Below, one piece after another: positions 10,070-19,964 of a stretch of DNA of 64,000 nt; position 1 is the stretch's first letter, and each line of letters starts with the position of its first letter. The stretch spans positions 64,001-128,000 of the forward strand of contig CALIBN010000002.1 of assembly GCA_938045545.1 (NCBI GenBank), given 5' to 3'. The notes beneath the pieces are model-generated. The model was given only the letters and a program-made list of their open reading frames with translations. It was not told the origin of the DNA and did not search any database. The position numbers and the translations under genes were made by a program. Source of the stretch: an uncultured archaeon. Lineage in GTDB: Archaea > Thermoproteota > EX4484-205 > JAAOZP01.

Positions 10070-10645
10070 GCTTTGACGCCAAGTTTTTCTGGAGGAGGAT
10101 TTAAGGTTTATTCTTAAAATAGGAGAAGCCTGGCGTGTTTAAGCTTTCATTTCAATTCCTTTTCGAGAAACGATATGTTAATGCAGGTAACAAATCTGTC
10201 ACTCGGATGTGAAAACACTTCATGAATTTTTGTGAAATCAGGCACAGGATGCGAAGGGAGGGGGGCGCGACACAAAGGTAACGAGACAATAAAAACAAAG
10301 AGAAACTGTTTAAACTATTCAAATCGTTCCATTAAGCGTTATGCCCAGAAGAGGTAGAAATCTCTCCGAGCTCTGCTTAGGATGGCTGAGCGGACGAGAA
10401 GCTTGAGGCGGAATGCCGGACTCAGAAAAGGGTTGAGGAATTAAGCTAATAGAAGGAGCTCTGGCAACTGTGCTTACGGAACTCGCGGGACGCTAATGCA
10501 TTAAAGAGTTAAAAGAAAAACAGAAAAGTCGATATTTTAGTTCCTTTCTAGCGCGTACCTCAGACGGTCTAAGAGATTTTAGAAACTGTGAGGTAGGTGA
10601 AGAATAATGTTAAGTACATCTTCAGAAAGATTAAGGGAAATGAAA

Positions 10646-11559
10646 CTAAAAAGTTTCTTCCTCGAAATTCTCGAATAGGCTCTTAATCTTCCTGACATAA
10701 GTCTCCCCGATTTCCAGCCTCTTAATTCCTCCCTCCGTCATGAGCTCGGCCCTTATACCATCAAACCCCTTAACTCCTTCGCAAGAACGACGTTTACTTC
10801 CCCCCTGAGGCTCTCCTCCAAAGACGATAGGGACGGATGTTTTAAGCCTAGCTCTGAAGCCATCGTGCGGATTGTTTCCTCCAGCATATCCTTACACTCG
10901 ACCTTACTCATGACTTTACTGCGAGCCTCCACCAGCCCGGTGAACAGGTTTAACAATCTTCCCTTGAGCGTCTCGCTGACCTCTTTATTAGATAAGGGGA
11001 ATACACCCGCTTTACCATCGTCCTTCAGGGCCTTATATCTGGCGAGGTGTCTAACCGCGTGGTATGCGTGGGAAATGGATTTTCCATACTCCTCACGAAA
11101 GTAGGATTCGATGGCAAGGCCTAAGGCGACCAAGGACGAGTTCCTTAAGATCCTTAGAGTGCACTCCGTCACGGTGGGTTTAACCGCTATCAAACTGGAT
11201 ATGTTACCTTCATCCTTCAGCATTATGCAATCCCTATGTAGCATGAAGGCAAGCGGATCGCCCGATGAGAACATTTTCGTGACCTCATCCACACTCATAT
11301 ATGTAACGTTGACCTCCGAATCCCATAGCCTAAAGAAGTATTGCCTCCTATCGGGATTTCCCTCAGTCACGACCAGGATATCGATATCGCTTAACCCTAT
11401 GACAAAGTCTTCCGGTCTGGCTGCGGAGCCGAAGACCACTATGGCCTTTACATTTTCAGCTTCCTTGATCTCCGAAACTCTATCTTTTATCGCCTGAAAA
11501 GCTCGTTCTAAGTATTCTTTGACCGAGGAATACAATTCCGTGTTATTGCCCATCATCAA
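10646..11559 (-). pseudogene. minimal nucleotidyltransferase fused to a HEPN-like helical domain, apparently frameshifted near the 3' end
   Basis: VFGSAAR and SDIDILV MNT motifs, followed by a helical domain (ISHAYHAVRH). The ORF stops at 10753, but a shifted frame continues IRAELMTEGGIKRLEIGETYVRKIKSLF to a stop at 10646. Confidence 0.65.
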
Positions 11560-12002
11560 TAATCCAGCAGCTTATAGCTGCGCTAAAAATGTTTCTATAG
11601 TGCTGAGCATGCTTTAAAACTTTCATCATATCGCATCCAGCCATCGAGGCCCAAGCAGAAGTATCTCATGATGAATGACATGAAGATTATTGAAGACATT
11701 CTAAGCAAAGATTACTTTTCTGAATTCATGTTTAAATATGCACTGGCACACTGAGTTTATTGTCAAAGCAGCATCGGTTCTGTTCGATTAATTCTGGTGC
11801 GCATGTTCACAAGGAAGCTTGTTGCGTTCATAGAGCAAAGAGGTGTTTGAGAAGGCTCAAGTGGGACTTTTATTCAGACAAAGAGCATGTCTTTTTAGTC
11901 ATAGGCTTTCTCCCCGGGACCTATGAATTTTTTCGACGGAGTTTAAAAGCTTGTAGTTATTAACCACAAACTTTATTAAAAAGCTTGTGAAAATCAGTTC
12001 TG

Positions 12003-13298
12003 TTGAAAGCCGATTATTTGAAGAGGGTAGTGGCTTCGCAGAGGGAGGAGATGGAAAGCCTCTTTGCGACTGAGAATATAATAGAGAGGGATGTATATAA
12101 TAGAGAGGGATGTTGATGCTGAGAAGCTGAGGAGCTTTCTTTCACATCCCAATATTCTTACTGTTCTCGGCGTGAGAAGATGCGGTAAGTCGCTGCTTTC
12201 TTGGATGCTTCTCAGAGGCGTGAAGTTCGGGTATGTTAACTTCTTCGACGAGAGGCTTGTCGGCCTTGAGGCGAAGGACCTTGGGAGCCTGCTTGAGGCT
12301 TTTTACCAGCTTTACGGCACTGACCTAGAGTTCATGGTTCTCGATGAGATTCAGCATGTCCGTGGTTGGGAGAGGTTTGTAAGCAGGATGAGGACTTCTA
12401 AGAAGATGATTGTTACTGGGAGTAGCTCGCAACTGCTTTCAAGCGAGCTGGCTACGTTTCTCACCGGGAGGCATGTTGATTTCATGCTTTACCCGTTTAA
12501 CTTCAGAGAATTCCTAAGGATACGCGGCGTGGAGCTAGGTGAGAACTGGCAGTATTCGACGAGGGTGATTTCCACGTTGAAGAGTATCTTAGAACGGGGG
12601 GCTTCCCTGAGGCCAGCAGGTTTGGCAGGAGGATTCTGGTCTCGATTTATTCCGACGTGCTTGAGAAGGACGTTATAACCAGGCATCGGGTGAGGAAGAC
12701 AGTGGCTCTCAAAGAGTTTTCCAGATACTTGGTTTCAAACGTTTCCTCCGAGTTCAGCTTCAGCAGGCTTAGGAGAATACTGAACATAGAGGATGTGCAT
12801 ACTGTTAAGAATTACGCGGAATGGGTGAGTGAAGCCTATCTCCTGTTTTTCTTGGAAAGGTTTTCGCCGAAGCTTAAGCTCCAGTTCATATCCCCTAAAA
12901 AGGCCTACTGTGTTGACAACGGGCTCGTGACTTCAATCGGGTTCAGGGTTTCGGAAAACTTAGGCAGGCTGATGGAGAACTTGGTTGCCGTTGAACTGTT
13001 GAGGCGCAGAAGCTACTCCTTCAGCGACTTTGAAGTCTTCTACTGGAGGGACTATCAGGAGAACGAGGTTGATTTCATCGTTAAGGACGGTTTGAACATT
13101 AAGCAGCTCATACAGGTGACTTACGCCAGCGGGAAGGATGAGGTTAATCCCAGGGAGGTTAAGGCACTACTCAAGGCTTCAGGAGAGCTGCGTTGTAAAG
13201 ACCTGCTTGTAATCACTTGGGACTATGAGGATGAAGCTGTTTCAAACGGTAGGAAAATACGATATATTCCCCTTTGGAAATGGCTGCTCAATCCTTAG
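12003..13298 (+). pseudogene. AAA_14 / DUF4143 ATPase pseudogene with two frameshifts
   Basis: GVRRCGKS, LDEIQ, TGSSS, LTGR, GGFPE, ENLV and EVDF motifs, with the N-terminal leader, are split over three frame segments by a 19-bp duplication at 12076-12113 and an indel near 12580. Confidence 0.9.
12076..12113 (+). repeat. exact 19-bp tandem duplication (ATATAATAGAGAGGGATGT x2)
   Basis: 12076-12094 is identical to 12095-12113. Confidence 0.97.
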
Positions 13299-13342
13299 CA
13301 CGCGTCTTGGATATAACTAGTCTAAAGGATGCCCGCTTTATG

Positions 13343-14143
13343 TTAAAGCCCGTTGGAATCATGTAAGTATTTAACTATGCTTTCAAAAATCTTTCTCCCG
13401 TCTCCTTTCTCAGGAGGTCTTCTATCCCATTCTGGGAGTTGCCATCCGAAGAAGGCCCTTTCGGGATGCGGCATCATTCCCATGACTTTCCCCTTCTTGT
13501 TGCAAATCCCGGCTACATCGTACATCGAACCGTTAGGATTAAACGGGTATAGGCCGTTGGCATCGTCTCCGTTTGGAAGGACGTACCTGAAGACGACCTG
13601 CCCGTTTCTCTTAAGTTCCTCCAAATCCTCCTCAGAGCGCGTGAGGAACCTCCCTTCGGCATGGCCCACGGGTATTCTAAGGACCTCCCCCTTCCTCATG
13701 GTCATGGTGAAGGGCGTTTCATCGTTCTCAACCCTCAGCCAGACCCATCTGCACTCATACTTGGCTGAGGAGTTGTTCGCGAGGGCTATTGAAGGGGTTT
13801 CGCCAGCACCGTTCCCAGGTAGCATTCCGGCTTCAACAAGCACTTGGAAACCATTACAGATGCCGAGTATAAGCCTTCCCTCCTCTATAAACTTCTCCAA
13901 TTCAAGCCTAAGCTTCGCAAGAACTCTCTTGCCCCATACTGCGCCAGCCCTCACGTAATCCCCGTATGAGAATCCACCGGGGAAGACGATCAGATGATAC
14001 TCTAAAAGGTTTTTCTTCTCAACACTGTTCATATGGACTATTTCCGTTTTAACACCGAGTTCCTCTAAAGCCACTTTGGTTTCAAGGTCACAATTGGTAC
14101 CGCCGGTTCTTAAGACAAGTGCTTTAAATCTGTTCGCATTCAT
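13343..14143 (-). CDS. purQ: FGAM synthase glutaminase subunit
   Basis: GTNCD, PGGFSYGD, GICNGFQ, HAEG, MMPHPER. Confidence 0.97.
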   Translation of the reverse strand: MNANRFKALVLRTGGTNCDLETKVALEELGVKTEIVHMNSVEKKNLLEYHLIVFPGGFSYGDYVRAGAVWGKRVLAKLRLELEKFIEEGRLILGICNGFQVLVEAGMLPGNGAGETPSIALANNSSAKYECRWVWLRVENDETPFTMTMRKGEVLRIPVGHAEGRFLTRSEEDLEELKRNGQVVFRYVLPNGDDANGLYPFNPNGSMYDVAGICNKKGKVMGMMPHPERAFFGWQLPEWDRRPPEKGDGRKIFESIVKYLHDSNGL

Positions 14144-14146
14144 TTT

Positions 14147-16483
14147 TCAATATCCCCTCCAAGCCTTCTTTATATCGGAGCTGTTTAATTCACATATCTT
14201 ACTTTTAGAATCAACGATACGTAATCCAACGTCCCTGACTACTTTACCGATTCTATTGAAGGGCATTCCAAAGAATAACTCTTCGAATCTTCTTGACTTG
14301 TTTCCATCTACTTCCACGAGGAATCTTGAAGCCGATTCTGAGAAGAGAACATAATCATTCCTACGAGTTTCCGAAGGGATTTTACTGATATCGAATTCTA
14401 TCCCTAGGCCTCTTGTTGCAACAACCATTTCGGCCGCAGCCACTCCCAAACCCCCTTCAGAAATGTCGTGGCAAGATAAAACGAGCTGTTCGTCAATCGC
14501 CTTAACAAGCGTATCAATTATCTTCTTAGAAAGATTCTTATTAACTCTGGGTACTTCACCGCTATCGACTCCTTTAAGCCTTAAATACGCGGAACCTCTA
14601 AGCTCTTCCCGAGTTAAACCAATTACGTAAATTGGATTATCCTCTTTTTTAAGGTTTGGTGTAATAACCATTCTAATGTCCGGGATTATGCCAACACCTG
14701 TTATTAAAAGAGTCGGCTTCACAGGGCCCAATGGAGACTCATTATACAAACTGTCTTTTCCAGAAATGAACGGAGCGTCAAGGGCTTTTGAAAAATCATA
14801 GCATGCTTCAACTGCTCTGAGAAGCTTACCCATGTTCTCTTCGTTCTCCGGATTTCCCCAGACGAAATTGTCCAATAATGCAATTCTCCGTCCACCGACG
14901 GCAGTATTATTCCTAATCGCCTCCTCTATTGAATTAGCGGCCATCCAGTATGGATCCGGATAAAAGGGATTTATCCCACAGGATATTACCACGCCCATCC
15001 AAGAATCCTTAAGAGGTTTTATTACTGAGGCATCACTCGGCCCGGCCTCATCCCCATATATTGGCTTAACTACAGTACACCCCCTTACCTCGTGATCATA
15101 GGTTCTGACAACATCCTCCTTACTCCTAATGTTCGGATCTGAAAGCAGTTTAAGTATTTCCTCGCCCAAATCCTTTGGCTCTTCTAGGTTAACCTCAACA
15201 CGTGTAAACTCAGGTATTTTTGCCCTCCTCGTAACTTTTGGAGGATTAAAAAGGAATTTCAAATCGAGGTTGCACACAACGCGTCTTTTTGAAAAAACTC
15301 TAACTCTGCCTGATCCAACGAACCTTCCAACTATGCTCGCTTCAACTTCTTCCTCTTGGAATATTTCTAAAACTCTTTCAAGGTTTTTCTCTGGAACTGA
15401 GAGAAACATTCTTTCCTGCGACTCGGAGACCCATATTTCCCAAGGAGCCATATCCGGCACTTTGAGAGGAACCTTGTCTAAATCGACGTCAATACCTAAG
15501 CCTGATCTATAAGCCGTCTCTCCTGCAGCAGACGATAGCCCCCCACCACCAAGATCGGTTATCCCCGAGGCTAATTTCTCATCTCTTATTCTGAGTATTG
15601 CTCTTCTAAGTTTCTCCTCAACTATTGGATTAGGTATTTGAACAGCCGATCTGAACTCTTCAGCCTCTTCGGTAAGCCCTACTGAGGCAAACGTTACACC
15701 ATGTATGCCATCCCTGCCAGTCCTGCCGCCTGCAAGAACTGCGAAATCTCCTTCACCCGTATTCCTCACGTATAGCTCTCTAGGGAGGATTCCAATGCAG
15801 CCGCAATAGACAACCACATTGCCCGTGTAACCCTTGTCGAAAAATATGGCGCCGGATACTGTTGGAATACCCATGTTATTGCCGTAACTGCCTATTCCAG
15901 CTACAACACCACTGTAGACATAACGCGGATGCTTGACCCCAGAAGGCAAGTCCTCATACTTAGTGTCAAGGGGGCCGAAACAGAGCACGTCTGTTAGAGC
16001 AATAGGCTCGCCCCATACTCCAAGGATATCTCTTATGACACCTCCCACGCCTGTTGCAGCACCACCGAAGGGTTCTACTGCGGAAGGATGATTGTGAGTC
16101 TCTACTTTAGCAGCAATTGCATAGCCTTTTTCGAAATCGATTATTCCAGCATTGTCTTCAAACACCGAGATGCACCATTCCTTATTAAGTTCTCTCGTGG
16201 CTCTCACTATGAACGTTTTCAAAATGTTGGTGATTATTCGTCCATCGTCAGTTACAACATCACCCTTAAAGACATTGTGGAAACAATGTTCCGACCATGT
16301 TTGCGCGATCATCTCAAGCTCAACGTCCGTCGGAGGACGGTTGCTGAAATACTGTTTCAAATACTTCATTCTATCCAAGCTTATGTTAAGCCCCATTTCC
16401 CTGCTTATTTCAAGAAGCTCGTTATCATTTGCTGAAGAGAGGTCTATCACGTAGACCTCTAAATCATCGTAAAGCTTCCTCAC
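14147..16483 (-). CDS. purL: FGAM synthase subunit PurL
   Basis: WSEHCFH, KVETHNHPS, DLGGGG, SESQERM, SGKDS, HDISEGG. Confidence 0.97.
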   Translation of the reverse strand: MRKLYDDLEVYVIDLSSANDNELLEISREMGLNISLDRMKYLKQYFSNRPPTDVELEMIAQTWSEHCFHNVFKGDVVTDDGRIITNILKTFIVRATRELNKEWCISVFEDNAGIIDFEKGYAIAAKVETHNHPSAVEPFGGAATGVGGVIRDILGVWGEPIALTDVLCFGPLDTKYEDLPSGVKHPRYVYSGVVAGIGSYGNNMGIPTVSGAIFFDKGYTGNVVVYCGCIGILPRELYVRNTGEGDFAVLAGGRTGRDGIHGVTFASVGLTEEAEEFRSAVQIPNPIVEEKLRRAILRIRDEKLASGITDLGGGGLSSAAGETAYRSGLGIDVDLDKVPLKVPDMAPWEIWVSESQERMFLSVPEKNLERVLEIFQEEEVEASIVGRFVGSGRVRVFSKRRVVCNLDLKFLFNPPKVTRRAKIPEFTRVEVNLEEPKDLGEEILKLLSDPNIRSKEDVVRTYDHEVRGCTVVKPIYGDEAGPSDASVIKPLKDSWMGVVISCGINPFYPDPYWMAANSIEEAIRNNTAVGGRRIALLDNFVWGNPENEENMGKLLRAVEACYDFSKALDAPFISGKDSLYNESPLGPVKPTLLITGVGIIPDIRMVITPNLKKEDNPIYVIGLTREELRGSAYLRLKGVDSGEVPRVNKNLSKKIIDTLVKAIDEQLVLSCHDISEGGLGVAAAEMVVATRGLGIEFDISKIPSETRRNDYVLFSESASRFLVEVDGNKSRRFEELFFGMPFNRIGKVVRDVGLRIVDSKSKICELNSSDIKKAWRGY

Positions 16484-16494
16484 GAGGGAAGGTT

Positions 16495-16737
16495 TCAGGG
16501 GGAAAGCACCTCTACGCTATAATCATCCTTGACGGGATTAGCCAGAAGCTTCTTACACATGTCTTCAGCAAGCCTCAAAGCCTCTTCACGGTCATCGACT
16601 TCAACTTCTAAAATGTAGACTTTCCCAACTTTAACCGTAGAAACGGGAAAACCGAGATCTCTAAGGGATTTTGCAGCCACATCCCCCTCGGGGTCGAAAT
16701 GTCCAGGTTTAAGCCTTACCTCCACTTTCACCCTCAT
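16495..16737 (-). CDS. purS: FGAM synthase subunit PurS
   Basis: DPEG and KLLANPV motifs; 80 aa, next to purL. Confidence 0.96.
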   Translation of the reverse strand: MRVKVEVRLKPGHFDPEGDVAAKSLRDLGFPVSTVKVGKVYILEVEVDDREEALRLAEDMCKKLLANPVKDDYSVEVLSP

Positions 16738-17165
16738 TTCCTCTTTCTCTCCTCAATAAGCTTCTCGACAAGACTAGGATATTTTAGAGCAAGTATTTCA
16801 ATCGCGAGAACAGCAGCATTCTTCCAATTGTCCACCCCCACAGTAGCGACAGGAATCCCCGGGGGCATTTGGACGATTGAAAGCAGTGCGTCAAGACCGC
16901 CGAGCTTGACCTCCTTCGGAACACCTATCACGGGCTTCACGGTTTCAGAAGCTATTACTCCCGGTAGAGCAGCCGAGAGCCCCGCAACCGCTATGAAGAC
17001 CTCAGCATCACTATTCTTCACGAACCCGCGTAATTCTTCAGGGTTTCTATGGGCGGAAAGGATCCTATAATCACACTCAATTCCGAAGTTTTCTAAAAAA
17101 CTCACTATGTTCTTTCCAAGTTCTTCATCCGACCTGCTTCCCATTACTACAGCCACTTTAGCCAT
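16734..17165 (-). CDS. purE: AIR carboxylase / N5-CAIR mutase
   Basis: MGSRSD, SAHR, AGLSAALPG, QMPPGIPVATV. Confidence 0.95.
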   Translation of the reverse strand: MAKVAVVMGSRSDEELGKNIVSFLENFGIECDYRILSAHRNPEELRGFVKNSDAEVFIAVAGLSAALPGVIASETVKPVIGVPKEVKLGGLDALLSIVQMPPGIPVATVGVDNWKNAAVLAIEILALKYPSLVEKLIEERKRK

Positions 17166-17168
17166 GTT

Positions 17169-18647
17169 CTAGCCAACCTCCTCCAAGCCCTTCCCAGGAA
17201 CCCATATAATCCTTTTTCCAAGAATACCTTTCCTCTCCCTATATTTGTATATCTCCCTAGCCATGTTGGCAAGCATCATCCTCCTTTCAAGAGATTTTTC
17301 CGAGCCTATGTCGCTCCTGTGGAAGAGGCCCCAGCCGTCCGCTAGCCTAGCTTTAGAAGTTAGCCTCTCAGCAATAAGGCTTGCTTCTGGAATCGTATCT
17401 GCAATTCCAAGGCATTCTATAAGCCTTGATCCACCGGTCTCTATAACACCGTCTTCTCTTAAATGGGCCGAAGCCCAGAAGACACCCTCTTCCTCGTCAA
17501 CCACAACAGGATGTTCCTTTGCTAAGTCTCTGCTCAAAGGATATCCTTCCGGAGAGACTGCTTTAACAACTGTTGCCCTCTCTTCGAATTCGACTTTAAT
17601 ACTGTTAAGTTTCTCGCTTATTATCGATTCGCATATTTCAACCAAGTCTGTCCTCAAAACTGCCAATACGTTAAGGGCTTCGGGATCGCCGAGCCTAGAG
17701 TACATTTCTATTATCGTAGGTCCCCATACGGATGTGAGCATCATTTGTCCGGCGACAACGCCATGGTATTTACGACCAGTTTCTTTCTGAATCGCTTCAA
17801 CCATCATCCTAACTATTTCAGTGGACTTCTCAATCTCCTCCTCTGTAAGTATTGCCCTATCATCGTCTACACCCCATTTAAGGTTCATACCGCAGGCTAT
17901 AGAACCCATTCCACCCGTCTCAGGGCCAAGGTCACCGTCAAAAGCGTGCTTGTTATCCTGGACCGCTGGCATTGGGACAACCGTCCTGCCGTCAGTAAAG
18001 CATTGTAGCGTATACTCTGGTCCCCAGACCCTCTCCTCTATGAGTATTTTAAAATCCATATCTTCATAGCCCTTCATGTAATCCTTGTAGATTGATTCGA
18101 TATGCTGTTTTTTCACCTTCTTCTTATCATCTCTCAAATACACTTGGAAGTCCTCTATCACCTTAACACCCTTGCCACCAACCTGTCTCGCTGGCTTTAA
18201 CGCAACGCTCTCGGCGTATTCTTCAACATAGGGTACAGCCTCTTCAAATGTTCTAAACTTCTTGTACCAGAGCCTCCCTGGAATCATATACTTCCACTGC
18301 AGGTCTCTCATGCTCGCTTTAGACATCTCTATTTCAGCAACATCCTTATTGGCACCTATGCAGGGTATGTCTTCTTTCTCCAGCTCGTCTGGAATGCCTC
18401 GGAAATTAGGCTCTTCAGGCCCAACGAATACGAAGTCGACACCAGCCTTAAGAGCTGCTTGAAAAACCGTCTCAGGGTCATTCGGGTTACCAACATAGTA
18501 TTCACCGCCAGTTTCTTTAACAATCCTGTTTATACCTGGGTTTACAATTTCTGAAACGCAGAAAAGCCTAGGTTCATAACTACTCCTGTGGAAGGCTTTT
18601 GCTACGGCATGCTCTCTTCCACCACTACCAACCAGAAGTACTTTCAA
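17169..18647 (-). CDS. purD: phosphoribosylamine--glycine ligase
   Basis: VGSGGREHA, VGPE, GKGV, QDNK, GPETGGMG, RLGDPE; C-terminal extension. Confidence 0.96.
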   Translation of the reverse strand: MKVLLVGSGGREHAVAKAFHRSSYEPRLFCVSEIVNPGINRIVKETGGEYYVGNPNDPETVFQAALKAGVDFVFVGPEEPNFRGIPDELEKEDIPCIGANKDVAEIEMSKASMRDLQWKYMIPGRLWYKKFRTFEEAVPYVEEYAESVALKPARQVGGKGVKVIEDFQVYLRDDKKKVKKQHIESIYKDYMKGYEDMDFKILIEERVWGPEYTLQCFTDGRTVVPMPAVQDNKHAFDGDLGPETGGMGSIACGMNLKWGVDDDRAILTEEEIEKSTEIVRMMVEAIQKETGRKYHGVVAGQMMLTSVWGPTIIEMYSRLGDPEALNVLAVLRTDLVEICESIISEKLNSIKVEFEERATVVKAVSPEGYPLSRDLAKEHPVVVDEEEGVFWASAHLREDGVIETGGSRLIECLGIADTIPEASLIAERLTSKARLADGWGLFHRSDIGSEKSLERRMMLANMAREIYKYRERKGILGKRIIWVPGKGLEEVG

Positions 18648-18650
18648 AGC

Positions 18651-19964
18651 CTACACCTCCGGGTAAACGCAGTTGAAACAGCCCAGACACAACTCTTCCT
18701 CCTTTAAACCTATTGCTTCTACAAGGCCGTTTAAGCTAAGATACTTGAACGAGTCTGCGCCAACAACCTCGGCTATCTTCTCCTCGGACAAGTGTCTCCC
18801 TATGAGCTCATCTTCAGGAGGAACTTCTACTCCGAAGGGGCAATGCGAAATTATGTGGGGGCTGCCTATCCTAACATGTATTTCCTTAGCTCCCTTCTCT
18901 TTCATTAGGTAAACGATGTTGGCAAGAGTGTTTCCCCTTACAACACTGTCGTCAATCAGTATAACTCTCTTACCCCTAACTGCATCGCTTATCACATTGA
19001 GCTTAAGCTGTACACCCTTAAGCCTCTCCAACTGGTCCGGCCTAAGCGCACTCCTAACCCTCCTACCGGTAAGCTCAAAACCCTTCTCTATAGGTATCCC
19101 CGTCTCATTAGAATAGGCCATTGCGAATGGTATGGCTGTTTCAGGCACGCCTATTACAACATCCGCGTCAACCCTGCTCTCTTCAGCAAGCTTCCTACCT
19201 ATGTTTCTCCTAACCCTGTAAATCGGTATATCGTTGACATAAGAGTCGGGCCTAGCGAGGTAAACGTATTCGAAGCTACAATATGCTCTCTTACAAGAAT
19301 TGCTGCTTTTAACCCATTTTGCTGAGAAAGATGTGAAAACCATCGCCCAGCCTGGCTCAACGTTTTCAGCAGGGCTTATCGGTACCCTCTCCCCAACAAC
19401 ATCCATGACGCATGTTTCAGACGCAACTATACCTCCTTCAAACCCGAATTTACCTAAGGTAAGAGGTTTAACGCCTAAGGAACCCCTGCCAGCGACCATT
19501 TCATTCCTATCGTTGACAGCAATGTAAGAAAAACCGCCTCTGCAATTATCGAAAAACTCTTTAACAATATCTATGTCACTTCCGCCTCTTGAGAATGTTT
19601 CAAACGCTTTTCTCAAGTTTTCCTCGTATCTAAGAGAAGCGTCCCAAGCGTAATTCTCGACAGCAGTTACCTTACCGTCTATTGCTACCGAAACCTTTTC
19701 GCTCAGTATGAAGGGCGGAATATCCTCTTTAAACTCTACAGGATAGGGAGAAACAGCCCCCAGACATATATGTCCTTCAGCGTCCACCTTGTTTAAAACA
19801 TCATCAACAAGCCCTTCTCCAGCGATTTTTCTCCTTTTTTTACCGAATAGTTCAAGCCCAACTGTCTCCTGCCCCCTATGTTGAAGGGCCATTAAGCCAT
19901 AGGCTCCAAAGCTTCCAGCATTCCACCTCTCGTCGAAAAGATATATTCCAAGTATTCCCGTCAT
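18651..19964 (-). CDS. purF: amidophosphoribosyltransferase paralog lacking the N-terminal catalytic Cys
   Basis: LQHRGQE, CSFEYVYLARPDS, LIDDSVVRGNT and Fe-S cysteines (CPFG, CLGC); begins MTGILG rather than CG. Confidence 0.85.
   Translation of the reverse strand: MTGILGIYLFDERWNAGSFGAYGLMALQHRGQETVGLELFGKKRRKIAGEGLVDDVLNKVDAEGHICLGAVSPYPVEFKEDIPPFILSEKVSVAIDGKVTAVENYAWDASLRYEENLRKAFETFSRGGSDIDIVKEFFDNCRGGFSYIAVNDRNEMVAGRGSLGVKPLTLGKFGFEGGIVASETCVMDVVGERVPISPAENVEPGWAMVFTSFSAKWVKSSNSCKRAYCSFEYVYLARPDSYVNDIPIYRVRRNIGRKLAEESRVDADVVIGVPETAIPFAMAYSNETGIPIEKGFELTGRRVRSALRPDQLERLKGVQLKLNVISDAVRGKRVILIDDSVVRGNTLANIVYLMKEKGAKEIHVRIGSPHIISHCPFGVEVPPEDELIGRHLSEEKIAEVVGADSFKYLSLNGLVEAIGLKEEELCLGCFNCVYPEV

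Noticed and set aside
10149-10171. ATTTCAATTCCTTTTCGAGAAAC resembles the start of crenarchaeal CRISPR repeats
   Set aside because: Single copy with no regular spacing and no cas genes in the window.
11669-11723. ATGATGA ... CTGA, a possible C/D sRNA
   Set aside because: AT-rich, with no convincing internal D'/C' boxes or terminal stem.
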